A DNA stretch of 64,000 nt from Candidatus Magasanikiibacteriota bacterium (GCA_003482855.1 DMXO01000005.1:227719-291718); one strand, 5' to 3'. Positions 47,882 to 58,993 are shown, counted from the first letter of the stretch. Program-made: numbers and translations. Notes: a model not told the origin generated them from the sequence alone.

Positions 47882-48427
47882 ATGGATTCAATTATGCACC
47901 CATATATACCTATAGTACTTGGAACTGCTCGAAAAGGGCGGCAATCTGAGCATGTGGCACAATATATATACAACACACTCAAAAACAATAAAGAGGCTAT
48001 TTTTGAGCTTGTGGATGTGCGTAATTACCTTGTCGAATCTCGAACTATACCTCCGTGGGAAAACAGTAACATAGCCAAACCATGGCGAGACATTGTAGCA
48101 AAATCTTCAGCTTTTATTTTTGTTGTGCCTGAATATAATAGAGGTTATCCAGGAGAATTCAAGATGTTGCTCGATCAGGAGTTTAAAGGATATAACAAGA
48201 AACCTGCACTGATAGTAAGCGTTTCATCCGGTGGCTTCGGTGGTGTACGAATGGCTGAACATTTAATTCCCACATTACGATATATGGGGTTTCATCTTTT
48301 ATCTCAAGATATACAAGTACCAAAGGTAGAAGAGTTTGTGAAAATGAGTATGGAAGAAAAAGATCAAACACTGAAAGAGAAGATAGAGAAAATGGTAGAT
48401 GCCCTTATAGAAAAAAAGAATGACTAA
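47882..48427 (+). CDS. NADPH-dependent FMN reductase family flavoprotein
   Basis: Start reassigned to ATG 47882 (MDSIMHPYIPIVLGTARKGRQSEH). Flavodoxin-like; AFIFVVPEYNRGYPGEFK motif. Confidence 0.7.
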   Translation: MDSIMHPYIPIVLGTARKGRQSEHVAQYIYNTLKNNKEAIFELVDVRNYLVESRTIPPWENSNIAKPWRDIVAKSSAFIFVVPEYNRGYPGEFKMLLDQEFKGYNKKPALIVSVSSGGFGGVRMAEHLIPTLRYMGFHLLSQDIQVPKVEEFVKMSMEEKDQTLKEKIEKMVDALIEKKND

Positions 48428-51400
48428 CTATAATCTCAACGTATCCCAGAAGCAGGCTATCGAATATACCGACGGCCCGCTTTTGATTATTGCTGGGGCT
48501 GGTACAGGCAAGACAACAGTTATTACTCAAAAAATAGCTTATTTAATAGAACAAAAGTTTGCCACGCCTGAGCAAATTTTGGCATTAACGTTTACTGACA
48601 AGGCGGCTGGAGAAATGCAAGGACGTGTAGATGAAATGATGGATATAGGTTATGTAGATTTACAGATTTCTACATTTCATGCATTTTGTCAAAGGCTCCT
48701 TGAGGAATACGGTTTGGAAATTGGATTACCAAATAAATTCAAATTACTAACGCTGACAGATGCATGGCTTCTTATGCGAGAGCATGTTTACGATTTTAAT
48801 TTGGATTATTATAGACCACTCGGCAATCCAAATAAACACATCCATACTCTCCTTGACCATTTTTCAAAATGTAAAGACGAGCTTGTTTCTCCAAAAAGTT
48901 ATATAGAATACGCAGAAGGTTTGGCAATGGATAGTGATAGCGCGCAAATTTTGGAAAAAAATAAAACAGTCGAACTCGCGCATGCGTATCATCAGTATAA
49001 CCAGCTATTACTCGATAAAGAATCTCTTGATTTTGGGGATATTATCTTTTACTGTGTGAAACTCTTACAAGAACGCCCAAATATATTGAAACTCTTACAA
49101 GAACGTTTTAAATATATTCTCATAGATGAATTTCAGGATGTCAATTGGGCACAATATCAACTTATAAGATTATTAGCCAATAAAAATTCACAATTGACAG
49201 TGGTGGGGGATGATGATCAGAGTATTTATGCATTTCGTGGAAGTAATGTGTCTATTATCATGCGATTTAAGGAAGATTATCCAGATGCAAAAGAGATTGT
49301 ATTGACGGAAAATTATCGTTCAAAGCAAGAAATTCTTGATTTTGCATATGCATCCATTCAAAATAATAATCCAGACCGTCTAGAGCAAAAATTGGGTGTA
49401 AATAAGAAACTTCTGAGTGGAGTTCAAGTAGAAAAAATAAAGAGTCAAAAAAATGTCGAGCATCTACATTTTCAGACACTTGATGATGAAGTGGTTGGTG
49501 TAATCAAAAAAATTAGTGAAATCAAAGAACAATCCAGGTTAGTATCTTGGGATGACTTTGCAATCTTAGTTCGGGCAAATAGCCATGTAGAGCCATTTGC
49601 CAATGCGCTCGAATCTCATAATATCCCATATGAATATCTTGCTTCGTCAGGGCTATATCGCCAGCCGATTGTGCTTGATGCTATCGGCTTTCTTAATAGT
49701 ATTGAACATATTCATGACGATAGAGCCATATACCGGCTCTTACGCATGCCATTCTTACAAATGAAAGAGGATGACTTACAAAAATTGACTGCCATGGCGA
49801 AGAAAAAAAGTATAGCATATTATGAGGCACTGAAGCGGTCAAGAGAATTTTATCTTTCGATGGAAGGTACAAATGTGTGTGAAAAACTTATCAGTCTCTT
49901 TCATGAGGGGATGAGACATTCACGATTCGAAAAACCAACAAGCGTACTGTATCAATTTTTGGAAAATAGTGGGTATCTTTCATATCTCACTCATGAAGAA
50001 GGACGGGGAAATAAAGAAATTATTAGACAAATCCATCATCTTAAACAGCTTTTTGATCTTATACGAAATTATGAAGAAGTAATGCCTGGTGCCCATGTAG
50101 CAGGATTTGTAGAGCACTATAACTATATTATAGAATCCGGCGACGGTGGTAAGATGTACCAGCCGACAGATACTCCTAATTCAGTAAATATCTTGACAGT
50201 TCATGCGGCAAAGGGTCTGGAATTTAAATATGTGTTTGTTGTTAATTTGGTAGAAGAAAGATTTCCAAGTAGAAATAGAGGTGGCGATATAGAATTACCT
50301 GATGAATTAGTAAAAGAATTATCAAATGGGGGTCACAATTTCCATTATCAAGAAGAACGCAGACTATTTTATGTGGCAATTACACGTGCAAAAGAAAAAT
50401 TATTTTTGACAAGTGCCGATGATTATGGCGGCTCACGAAAAAAGAAGATCTCACGATTTTTAGACGAGGTTGGATTTGAAACTAACAAACAACGAACAAC
50501 GAACAACGAACAACGGAGCGGACTTCTTAACAAAAAAATATCCTACATTTCTGCCTTGCCGGCAGGCAGACAATATCCAATATCTTCCAAGACAAGGAAT
50601 CAAAGTAACGAATTACCAAAAATTATTCAAGATACCTTCTCCTACTCTCAGATCAATTCGTATGAACGTTGTCCCTATCAGTATAAATTAGCGCATGTAC
50701 TTAAAATTCCAATGAAAGGTAGTGCAAGCTTTAGTTTTGGCAACACGATACACAATACATTGCAAACATTTTATGAACGTATCCAAGAGCTTAATAGAGC
50801 AAAACAGAGCAGTCTGTTTGGTTTGCCTGTAGAAGCACCGCGTATTAAAGGTGATGGAATACAGGTACCAACATTGGAAGAGTTGCTCGATGATTACGAG
50901 AAGGCGTGGATTCCCGATTGGTACAAAAGCAAACAACAGCGAGAGAGTTATTACCAAAAAGGTAAAGAAATTTTGAAAGTATTTTATGCCTCAGAGCAAA
51001 ACTCCTGGTCAATACCAGTAAGCCTTGAAGGTTGGTTCAAAATAAAAGTAGGGGAGTACCTTGTCAATGGACGTATTGATCGTATAGACAAACAATTAGA
51101 CGGCAGTTTAGAAATTATTGACTACAAAACAGGGTCAGCGAAGGAAACTCTCACAAGTGAAGATAAACAGCAACTTATCATATATCAGATTGCTGCCCAA
51201 TCATTATCAGAGTATAACCACATAGGACCTGTAGGTAAACTTACATTTTATTATGTCAATGACAACATAAAAACTTCATTTTTGGGAGAAAACAAGGATA
51301 TAGAAAAATTAAAAGGAAAATTAATTAATGTTATTACTCAAATTCAAGGGGGCGACTTCGCTGCTACGCCAGGTAAACATGTGTGCGCGTACTGTGATTT

Positions 51401-51431
51401 CAAAGAAATTTGTGAATTTAGGCAATTATAA
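48420..51431 (+). CDS. UvrD/PcrA-family helicase fused to a C-terminal PD-(D/E)xK nuclease with Cys cluster (AddA/RecB-like)
   Basis: 1003 aa. Helicase motif I AGAGTGKTTV. C-terminal DGSLEIIDYKTG and CAYCDFKEIC. Contains an (AACGAAC)x3-5 heptamer array at 50484-50518. Confidence 0.8.
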   Translation: MTNYNLNVSQKQAIEYTDGPLLIIAGAGTGKTTVITQKIAYLIEQKFATPEQILALTFTDKAAGEMQGRVDEMMDIGYVDLQISTFHAFCQRLLEEYGLEIGLPNKFKLLTLTDAWLLMREHVYDFNLDYYRPLGNPNKHIHTLLDHFSKCKDELVSPKSYIEYAEGLAMDSDSAQILEKNKTVELAHAYHQYNQLLLDKESLDFGDIIFYCVKLLQERPNILKLLQERFKYILIDEFQDVNWAQYQLIRLLANKNSQLTVVGDDDQSIYAFRGSNVSIIMRFKEDYPDAKEIVLTENYRSKQEILDFAYASIQNNNPDRLEQKLGVNKKLLSGVQVEKIKSQKNVEHLHFQTLDDEVVGVIKKISEIKEQSRLVSWDDFAILVRANSHVEPFANALESHNIPYEYLASSGLYRQPIVLDAIGFLNSIEHIHDDRAIYRLLRMPFLQMKEDDLQKLTAMAKKKSIAYYEALKRSREFYLSMEGTNVCEKLISLFHEGMRHSRFEKPTSVLYQFLENSGYLSYLTHEEGRGNKEIIRQIHHLKQLFDLIRNYEEVMPGAHVAGFVEHYNYIIESGDGGKMYQPTDTPNSVNILTVHAAKGLEFKYVFVVNLVEERFPSRNRGGDIELPDELVKELSNGGHNFHYQEERRLFYVAITRAKEKLFLTSADDYGGSRKKKISRFLDEVGFETNKQRTTNNEQRSGLLNKKISYISALPAGRQYPISSKTRNQSNELPKIIQDTFSYSQINSYERCPYQYKLAHVLKIPMKGSASFSFGNTIHNTLQTFYERIQELNRAKQSSLFGLPVEAPRIKGDGIQVPTLEELLDDYEKAWIPDWYKSKQQRESYYQKGKEILKVFYASEQNSWSIPVSLEGWFKIKVGEYLVNGRIDRIDKQLDGSLEIIDYKTGSAKETLTSEDKQQLIIYQIAAQSLSEYNHIGPVGKLTFYYVNDNIKTSFLGENKDIEKLKGKLINVITQIQGGDFAATPGKHVCAYCDFKEICEFRQL
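50484..50518. repeat. tandem heptanucleotide repeat (AACGAAC)x3 perfect plus 2 degenerate, inside the helicase gene
   Basis: Units aacaaac, aacgaac x3, aacggag. Encodes TNKQRTTNNEQRSG, in frame. Confidence 0.7.
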
Positions 51432-51435
51432 ATAT

Positions 51436-51957
51436 ATGATTATATTATTCTGGGCTGCAACTATTATATTTACTATTGTGTATGCAGGTATTTTATTTTA
51501 TCTTTTGTATGCGCTGTATGCCATGATTAGTGGGGCGCCATTTGTACCTACGAGCCATGAAAAGGTGAAAAAAATGATTGATATGGTAGACCTCAAAGAA
51601 CATGAACGTTTCATAGATCTTGGTTCTGGAGATGGCAGGCTTGTTTTAGCTGCGACACAACATTGTAAGCATGCGACAGGCGTAGAGATTAGTCCATTAC
51701 TATACTGGACTAGTCGGACACAACAATTGAGAAAGCATATAAAAAATGCAACATTTATACGAGATACACTATGGAATATTGACCTGGCATCGTATGATGT
51801 TGTATCAATTTATTTTATTCCACACTGGATGAAAAAACTTGAAAAAAAAATAAAACAGGAAATGAAGCCCGGGAGTCGTATCATCTCCCATGCCTTTACA
51901 TTTCCTGGGTGGCGTTATCAGAAAAAAGATGATACTATATATATGTACTATGTATAA
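51436..51957 (+). CDS. class I SAM-dependent methyltransferase, membrane anchored
   Basis: Start reassigned to ATG 51436. N-terminal TM, motif I FIDLGSGDGRLVLAA. Confidence 0.6.
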   Translation: MIILFWAATIIFTIVYAGILFYLLYALYAMISGAPFVPTSHEKVKKMIDMVDLKEHERFIDLGSGDGRLVLAATQHCKHATGVEISPLLYWTSRTQQLRKHIKNATFIRDTLWNIDLASYDVVSIYFIPHWMKKLEKKIKQEMKPGSRIISHAFTFPGWRYQKKDDTIYMYYV

Positions 51958-51965
51958 TACATACT

Positions 51966-52265
51966 ATGCCTTTTTCACCACTGGGAAATACACTTCATAA
52001 CAACAAAAGCAAAAAAAGTGAGGACAAAAATCATCACGTAGACGATCTTATTATTCATGCTGCCACACAGACATTCGAAGAGATGTATGGAAAAGAAATA
52101 TCCCAGGCTGCTAAGCCTTTATTTCTCAAGAATAGAACGCTTACTGTGAGTTGTTCAAATTCGGAGATAGCACAAAAAATACGCGAAAATCAGACAGAAA
52201 TCGTAGAGAAAATTAACCATGTACTCGGTAAAAATGAGGTAGATAGAATACGATATTTAGCCTAA
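51966..52265 (+). CDS. DUF721/DciA-like small protein (tentative)
   Basis: 99 aa. C-terminal LTVSCSNSEIAQKIRENQTEIVEKIN resembles DUF721. Confidence 0.35.
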   Translation: MPFSPLGNTLHNNKSKKSEDKNHHVDDLIIHAATQTFEEMYGKEISQAAKPLFLKNRTLTVSCSNSEIAQKIRENQTEIVEKINHVLGKNEVDRIRYLA

Positions 52266-52302
52266 ATACTACCCTTGCAAAGAGGATACAAACATAGTAC
52301 AA

Positions 52303-52755
52303 TTGGTAATAGCTGTCGGGAGCTATTTTTGCTTTTTTATGACTTTACGACAATATATTTTTACTATGGTTTTTGCCACAGTCTTGTGCTGGATTTCTTG
52401 GGTTTTTGTCATATCAAATGTGGATCCATTCCAGACTACAATGCTGGGTTTTGTTTTTTTCTATGCAAGTCTTTATCTTGCACTGCTTGGTACTATTTCA
52501 CTTGTTATATTTTTTTGTTACAAATTATTTGCTTCACGGGATTTACCATTGTTCCGTTATGTGCAGATTAGTTCTCGACAGTCATTATTTATCTCGACTT
52601 TTTTGGTCATCTGTCTGTATTTACAGGGTCAGCAGTATCTGAATATATGGAATGCGTTATTATTAATGGCTATTTTTATATTATTTATTTCTTTTAGCCT
52701 TTCAGTCAAACACGGATCCAAACAAACCCATGCACCTACCGAAGGTCATAACTAA
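52303..52755 (+). CDS. hypothetical membrane protein (4 TM)
   Basis: 150 aa, hydrophobic. Confidence 0.4.
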   Translation: MVIAVGSYFCFFMTLRQYIFTMVFATVLCWISWVFVISNVDPFQTTMLGFVFFYASLYLALLGTISLVIFFCYKLFASRDLPLFRYVQISSRQSLFISTFLVICLYLQGQQYLNIWNALLLMAIFILFISFSLSVKHGSKQTHAPTEGHN

Positions 52756-52767
52756 TTGTTTTAATTA

Positions 52768-54006
52768 ATGTATATGCGCCAATCACATTTATTTACCAAA
52801 ACACGAAAAGACATACCATCTGATGAAATTTCCAAAAATGCAGAACTTTTGATACGCGGTGGTTTTATCCATAAAGAAATGGCAGGCGTATATGCATATT
52901 TACCACTCGGCTTGCGCGTCCTCAACAAAATTAATGACATCATTAGAGACGAGATCAATGTCATTGGCGGGCAAGAGCTTTTTTTGACCACTTTACAAAA
53001 TAAAGATACATGGGAAAAAACAGGACGATGGGATGACAACGTAGTTGATAATTGGTTCAAGACACAGCTTAAAAGTGGCACTGAGATGGGTCTCGGGTTT
53101 ACTCATGAAGAAGCGTTGGCATCACTCATGAAAAATCATATTAATTCATACAAAGACTTACCTCGTTTTGTGTATCAAATTCAGACAAAGTTTAGAAATG
53201 AGGCTCGAGCAAAGAGCGGTATTTTGCGATGTCGAGAATTTTTGATGAAAGATTTATATTCTTTTACGCGCGATGAAAAGGATCTAGATGAATTTTATGA
53301 AAAAGCAAAGCAGGCTTACGTTAACATTTTTAAACGTGTCGGAATAGGTGACGAGACGTTTATAACATTTGCGAGTGGTGGGACATTTTCTAAGTATAGT
53401 CATGAATTTCAAACAGTATGTGATTCTGGTGAAGATATCATATTTTTATCACGAGAGAAAAATATAGCAGTAAACAAAGAAGTCTATACTGATGAAGTAC
53501 TCGCCGATTTAGGATTAAAAAAGAATGAACTTGAAGAAGCAAAAGCTATTGAGGTTGGGAATATTTTCAAACAAAAAACAAAATTTAGTGAACCGCTTGG
53601 TCTCACATACGCAGATGAAGATGGAAATGTTAAGCCAGTAATTATGGGTGCGTATGGTATTGGACCTGGTAGAGTACTCGGTACCATTGTAGAAGTCTAT
53701 CACGATGAAAAGGGGATTATATGGCCAGAGTCAGTCGCGCCATTCCATGTACACTTGATTTCACTTTGCAAAGGCGAAGAAATGAAAAAGGCTGATGAAT
53801 TATATGATATGCTTGTCAAAAAAGGAGTGGATGTATTATACGATGATCGAGAAGGAGTGAATGCTGGATCAAAATTCGCTGATAGTGATTTAATAGGCAT
53901 TCCGAAGCGTATTATAGTAAGTCAAAAAACCTTAGAAAAAAATTCTGTTGAAATTAAACACAGAAATGAAGAAAAAAGTGAATTAATTGGTATAGATCAA
54001 TTGTAA
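52768..54006 (+). CDS. proS: proline--tRNA ligase (short form lacking INS editing domain)
   Basis: 412 aa. YQIQTKFRNEARAKSGILRCREFLMKDLYSF matches class II motif 2 of bacterial ProRS. Confidence 0.85.
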   Translation: MYMRQSHLFTKTRKDIPSDEISKNAELLIRGGFIHKEMAGVYAYLPLGLRVLNKINDIIRDEINVIGGQELFLTTLQNKDTWEKTGRWDDNVVDNWFKTQLKSGTEMGLGFTHEEALASLMKNHINSYKDLPRFVYQIQTKFRNEARAKSGILRCREFLMKDLYSFTRDEKDLDEFYEKAKQAYVNIFKRVGIGDETFITFASGGTFSKYSHEFQTVCDSGEDIIFLSREKNIAVNKEVYTDEVLADLGLKKNELEEAKAIEVGNIFKQKTKFSEPLGLTYADEDGNVKPVIMGAYGIGPGRVLGTIVEVYHDEKGIIWPESVAPFHVHLISLCKGEEMKKADELYDMLVKKGVDVLYDDREGVNAGSKFADSDLIGIPKRIIVSQKTLEKNSVEIKHRNEEKSELIGIDQL

Positions 54007-54015
54007 AAGTATTAT

Positions 54016-55062
54016 ATGTTTGAAGCATTATTCAAAAAATTTGGCAAAGATATTGCGATCGATTTGGGTACTGCAAATACACTCGTGTATACCCCCGACA
54101 AAGGAATCGTGATAGAAGAACCATCTGTAGTTGCAGTGAATATAAAGACCGAACAAATACTTGCTGTAGGCCATGAAGCAAAACAAATGCTGGGGAAAAC
54201 CCCACCCCACATTCAAGTTACGCGTCCTTTAACTGAGGGCATCATATCAGATTATGAAGTGACTGAAAAAATGCTCAAGTATTTTATTGATAAAGTACAT
54301 CAGGATGGATTTTCTATAGCATCACGGCCGCGAGTCGTGATAGCAGTGCCTCTTGATGTGACTGAAGTCGAGATAAAGGCAGTGGAAGACGCGACACTTT
54401 CTGCAGGAGCGCGGGAAGTACATATTATTCAAGAACCTATGGCTGCAGCGATTGGTGCGCGCTTGCCAATTCAAGAGGCAGTAGGCAATATGATAGTGGA
54501 TGTGGGGGCAGGAAAGACGGAAATAGCTGTCATTTCTCTCAGTGGTGTCGTCACGTGGAAGTCTACACCCATTGCAGGAGACGAACTCAATCGAAATATT
54601 ATGCAATATGCACGCGAAGTATTTAATATTTTTGTAGGTGAAGCTCATGCCGAACAAATAAAAATAAAAGTAGGCTCTGCCATAGCCAACCATGCACATA
54701 TTGAGTTTCCTATGAAAGGAAGAGATGTCATCACTGGTTTACCAAAAGAGATTACTATCTCAAGTGAACATATTTATGAAGCTATTGAGCGTAGTATAAA
54801 AACGATTGTTGAATACGTGAAAATGACACTTGAAGTTACACCACCAGAACTTACTGCTGATATTCATGAAAGAGGACTCCTGCTTACTGGCGGTGGAGCT
54901 CTTCTCAAGGGTTTGGACTCTGTCATTTCTCATGCGGCTGAGATACCCGTGCGTATTGTCGATGATCCGCTTACTTCTGTTGTGCGTGGAGCAGGTATAC
55001 TTCTCGAAGATCAAGAACTTCTCAAACAAGTGACATTGCCATCTGCTCGAAGCAAATCATAA
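54016..55062 (+). CDS. mreB: rod shape-determining protein MreB
   Basis: 348 aa, actin fold. DLGTANTLVY, GGGALLKGLD. Confidence 0.9.
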   Translation: MFEALFKKFGKDIAIDLGTANTLVYTPDKGIVIEEPSVVAVNIKTEQILAVGHEAKQMLGKTPPHIQVTRPLTEGIISDYEVTEKMLKYFIDKVHQDGFSIASRPRVVIAVPLDVTEVEIKAVEDATLSAGAREVHIIQEPMAAAIGARLPIQEAVGNMIVDVGAGKTEIAVISLSGVVTWKSTPIAGDELNRNIMQYAREVFNIFVGEAHAEQIKIKVGSAIANHAHIEFPMKGRDVITGLPKEITISSEHIYEAIERSIKTIVEYVKMTLEVTPPELTADIHERGLLLTGGGALLKGLDSVISHAAEIPVRIVDDPLTSVVRGAGILLEDQELLKQVTLPSARSKS

Positions 55063-55086
55063 ATGGTTGGTAATTAATTATCATGT

Positions 55087-55902
55087 ATGGTACAGAAAAG
55101 AAAGACTTTTTTTGCGATTCTTATTATTATAGGTTTTGTCATAGGCCTACACATACTTCGTGTACTAACTCCTATAGAAAATATTTTTTCTTCAATTTTA
55201 CAATGGACTTCAAGACCATTTAATTCATTTGCCGCTTATTTACATACACGCAAAGAAGTAAATACTGATATTGATCAGATGATTCAAGAAATTTTATCAC
55301 TTAAGCAATCGTTTAAACAAAATGAAGTGGATGCTGTTGCATTGCGTCTTCTCAAAGAAGAAAATGAGGAATTACGCAAACAATTAACTTTTTTTTCATC
55401 ACACAATTTTGAACATATCGGAGCTGATGTAATAGGTCGCACGGTAGACCCACTCGGGACTACTATTATTATAAATAGGGGCATACAAGATGGCATTTCA
55501 AAAGATAATCCAGTTGTTGTAGGGAATGGAATTTTGATAGGTAGTATTTTGAAAGTAGATAAACATAGTTCTATAGTACGGTTGATAAATGATAATAATA
55601 GCAAAATAGGAGCAACCATTATGAACAACGAAAAGAGTATCGGTTTGATTGAAGGAGGTTATGGACTTGGCGTACGCATGAATTTTATCCCACAAAATGA
55701 GATCATTTCTCCAGGGGATACTGTTATTACCTCAGGTCTTACGACAGGAGTGCCTCGAGGTCTTATCATTGGCAAGGTGGAAGTGGTCGAAAAGCATCCT
55801 TACGAACCTTTCCAACAGGCAGTAATAAATTCAACAGCAGATCTTGCTCATATCACTGCAGTAAGTGTCATCACGCAAGTTTTTATAGAGTCTGAAGGAT
55901 AA
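55087..55902 (+). CDS. mreC: rod shape-determining protein MreC
   Basis: 271 aa. N-terminal TM, coiled coil, two beta domains. Confidence 0.8.
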   Translation: MVQKRKTFFAILIIIGFVIGLHILRVLTPIENIFSSILQWTSRPFNSFAAYLHTRKEVNTDIDQMIQEILSLKQSFKQNEVDAVALRLLKEENEELRKQLTFFSSHNFEHIGADVIGRTVDPLGTTIIINRGIQDGISKDNPVVVGNGILIGSILKVDKHSSIVRLINDNNSKIGATIMNNEKSIGLIEGGYGLGVRMNFIPQNEIISPGDTVITSGLTTGVPRGLIIGKVEVVEKHPYEPFQQAVINSTADLAHITAVSVITQVFIESEG

Positions 55903-55906
55903 TTTT

Positions 55907-56413
55907 ATGAAAAAAATAATTGATGTACTACTGTCTATTTTTCTATCTTTTTTATTAGTAATCTTGCATATAGCTTTTTTGAATATACTTCCTTCCCCAT
56001 TAAACGCACTGAATACTATTTTTAGTATAATAGTATTACTTATTATTGTGACAAATTCAGGAAAGGTTGTATGGATATCCTTCTTTGTCTATTTTCTTTT
56101 GGATATATATAGTTCGACGCCATTCGGTACGAATCTCTTTGCAGGCACCTTAACTACTCTTGTTATATACTGGTTCCATAAGGATATTTTTACCAACCAG
56201 TCATTGTTATCAACTTTCGTAATAACTGCGGCTGGTCTCGTAGTATTCCGTCTTATGTATACATGTATAAATTTATTTTATAAAGATTTTTTATGGTCTG
56301 ATCTATTTATTGCATATGGCTGGGAAATTGTCTGCACGGTTATTGTTGCTCTCATATTGCATACACTATTTTTCATAATTTCAAAAAAGATGAGGCCGTC
56401 TTTCATTAAATAA
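55907..56413 (+). CDS. mreD: rod shape-determining protein MreD-like membrane protein
   Basis: 168 aa, 5 TM, positioned between mreC and PBP2. Confidence 0.55.
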   Translation: MKKIIDVLLSIFLSFLLVILHIAFLNILPSPLNALNTIFSIIVLLIIVTNSGKVVWISFFVYFLLDIYSSTPFGTNLFAGTLTTLVIYWFHKDIFTNQSLLSTFVITAAGLVVFRLMYTCINLFYKDFLWSDLFIAYGWEIVCTVIVALILHTLFFIISKKMRPSFIK

Positions 56414-56415
56414 AT

Positions 56416-58431
56416 ATGAACAATGAAGTAGATCCTTTTTTGATTATCTCAAAAAAAAACTCTAATAGATTGGATGGCAAGTTTAGATTGTCTTGGACAG
56501 AGGATTGTTTTGATGTACATGGTACTTCACAAAAAACAGATGTGTTGGATTCCGGCACATCTCATATCGGTAGCAGTTTCACTACAAAAAAAGTTTTTTT
56601 TATTCTTATTGTTATAGCTTTGAGCATCTCTGTTGTAGTTGGTAGATTGATGTATCTACAAATTTTGCAAGGAGATACTTTTAGAAATCTCGCTGAAGGT
56701 AACCGACAGAGGATAATTCCTATACCTTCTGAGCGAGGGCTTGTGTTTGATAGAAATGATGTGCAAATAACACAAAATATACCAAATTTTTCGCTTGCTG
56801 TTATTCCACAAGATCTACCCAAAAAAAATGAAGAACTTGTGAAAGTAATTGTTGAACTTGCTGATATTGTAAATAAAAATGTTGAGGAAATTGCTGAAAT
56901 CATACATAAGTATAGTAATTATCAGCGCGATTCCATTATTATACAAGAGGATATACCATATGAAATGGCACTTAAAATTCAAATAGCAACAGCTGATTTG
57001 CCTGGGATCTATGTACAAAGGGGAAGTAAACGTCTCTATACACCCCAAGGGATTGTAACCTCTACAATACCTGTAGTAGAAGAATCACTTACAGTACACA
57101 ACGATAACTCTTTGTCGCATATTTTGGGATATGTTGGAAAATTATCCCCAGAGGAAGTCAAGGAGAATTATAATAAAGGATATCTGCCGTCTGATTCTAT
57201 AGGAAAAACAGGGGTAGAAAAAACATATGAACAATATTTACGCGGTATATATGGTAGAAGGACAATAGAAGTAAATTCTCGAGGAAAAGAACAATCTGTA
57301 TTGGCAGAAGAATCACCTAACTCAGGTTCACATATCAAATTAAACATTGACATCAATATACAAGCAAAACTTGAGGAAATCCTACAAAATACACTTGATA
57401 AAATACAAAAAAAACGCGCTTCTGCTGTTGCCATGAATCCACAAAATGGTGAAATTCTAGCACTTGTAAGTTTACCCGGATTTGATAACAATGATTTTTC
57501 TGGAGGAATAGATGCTGGTGCCTACACAAGATATATAGAAGATGAAAATAAGCCTCTTTTTAACAGAGCTATAGCAGGTGCATACCCATCTGGTTCAGTG
57601 ATCAAACCATCCATAGCATCTGCTGCTTTGGAAGAAAAAATAATAACCCCATACACTACCGTGAACAGTGTCGGGGGTATCAACGTGGGTCAATGGTTTT
57701 TTCCTGATTGGAAAGCGGGGGGGCATGGCACCACAGATGTACGCAAATCAATCGCATGGTCGGTAAATACATTCTATTACACCATAGGTGGGGGATATGG
57801 AAATATACCAGGTTTGGGAGTGACAAAAATGACGGAGTATTTCAAAAAATACGGTTTGGGAAGTGAGTTGGGTATTGATATACCCGGTGAAGCCGAGGGA
57901 TTTGTACCATCTCCAGAATGGAAAGAAAAAGTAAAAAAAGAACCTTGGTATATTGGTGATACATACAACTTATCAATCGGACAAGGTGACCTGCTCGTCA
58001 CTCCATTACAAATAACGGCCATAACTTCCGCTATTTCAAATGGAGGAATTTTATACGAGCCACATGTCGTGCACAGCATTATAGACCCAATCACAAAAGA
58101 AGAAACCATAGCAGACTCAAAGATACTTAATGAAAATTTTATTCATAAAGAAAACTTAGAAACGATAAAACTTGGTATGAAGGATTGTGTTGAAGAAGGA
58201 TCTTGCTGGGATTTGAACAGATTGCCATTTCGATCCGGTGGAAAAACAGGCACTGCACAGTGGAGTAGCACCAAAGACACCCATGCGTGGTTTACTGCCT
58301 TTGCACCTTTTGAAAAACCGGAGATTGCTATTACTATCATGGTAGAAGAGGGCGGGGAAGGTGGTTGGGTTTCAGAGCCTGCAGGTGCTAACTTCTTGCA
58401 ATGGTGGGCAACATACAGATACAAGAATTAA
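56416..58431 (+). CDS. mrdA: penicillin-binding protein 2 (class B transpeptidase)
   Basis: 671 aa. N-terminal TM, dimerisation domain, transpeptidase SVIKP (SxxK), SVN, KTGTAQ. Confidence 0.85.
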   Translation: MNNEVDPFLIISKKNSNRLDGKFRLSWTEDCFDVHGTSQKTDVLDSGTSHIGSSFTTKKVFFILIVIALSISVVVGRLMYLQILQGDTFRNLAEGNRQRIIPIPSERGLVFDRNDVQITQNIPNFSLAVIPQDLPKKNEELVKVIVELADIVNKNVEEIAEIIHKYSNYQRDSIIIQEDIPYEMALKIQIATADLPGIYVQRGSKRLYTPQGIVTSTIPVVEESLTVHNDNSLSHILGYVGKLSPEEVKENYNKGYLPSDSIGKTGVEKTYEQYLRGIYGRRTIEVNSRGKEQSVLAEESPNSGSHIKLNIDINIQAKLEEILQNTLDKIQKKRASAVAMNPQNGEILALVSLPGFDNNDFSGGIDAGAYTRYIEDENKPLFNRAIAGAYPSGSVIKPSIASAALEEKIITPYTTVNSVGGINVGQWFFPDWKAGGHGTTDVRKSIAWSVNTFYYTIGGGYGNIPGLGVTKMTEYFKKYGLGSELGIDIPGEAEGFVPSPEWKEKVKKEPWYIGDTYNLSIGQGDLLVTPLQITAITSAISNGGILYEPHVVHSIIDPITKEETIADSKILNENFIHKENLETIKLGMKDCVEEGSCWDLNRLPFRSGGKTGTAQWSSTKDTHAWFTAFAPFEKPEIAITIMVEEGGEGGWVSEPAGANFLQWWATYRYKN

Positions 58432-58528
58432 GTAAATGTGGATAAATATTTGACGTTACATACGAGCATGTTATACTACGTACTAACCGCTTTGGAGCGG
58501 TACTTATTTTTTTATAGTTTGTCATATT

Positions 58529-58993
58529 ATGATGATGGAAGATACACAATACATGAGTCAAGATAAATTGGACCAGCTCAAAGCAGAGTACAGTGATCTT
58601 AAATTAGAAAAAATATCTGCTATAGCCAAACGTATTGATGAAGCAAGACAGCTGGGTGATTTGTCTGAAAATGCTGAGTATCATGCCGCCCGAGACGAAA
58701 TGGCATGGGCGCAAAGCAGAGTAAAAGAGCTAGAACATATTATTGATAGCGCTGAAATTGTTGCAAATACAGGGAGCAAAATAATACAAATAGGATCTTC
58801 CATCCGCGTAAAGGCTAACAAGGTAGAAAAGGAATATACTATTGTAGGAGCCCAGGAAGCCAATCCACTAGCTGGAAAAATATCAAATGAATCACCCATC
58901 GGTAGTGCTTTTTTGGGCAAAAGTAAGGGAGATAAAGTACAAGTGCGACTACCGGCAGGGGTTCAGGAATACAAAATTTTGGATGTAAAATAA
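58529..58993 (+). CDS. greA: transcription elongation factor GreA
   Basis: 154 aa. Coiled-coil N-domain with GDLSENAEYHAARDE, FKBP-like C-domain. Confidence 0.85.
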   Translation: MMMEDTQYMSQDKLDQLKAEYSDLKLEKISAIAKRIDEARQLGDLSENAEYHAARDEMAWAQSRVKELEHIIDSAEIVANTGSKIIQIGSSIRVKANKVEKEYTIVGAQEANPLAGKISNESPIGSAFLGKSKGDKVQVRLPAGVQEYKILDVK

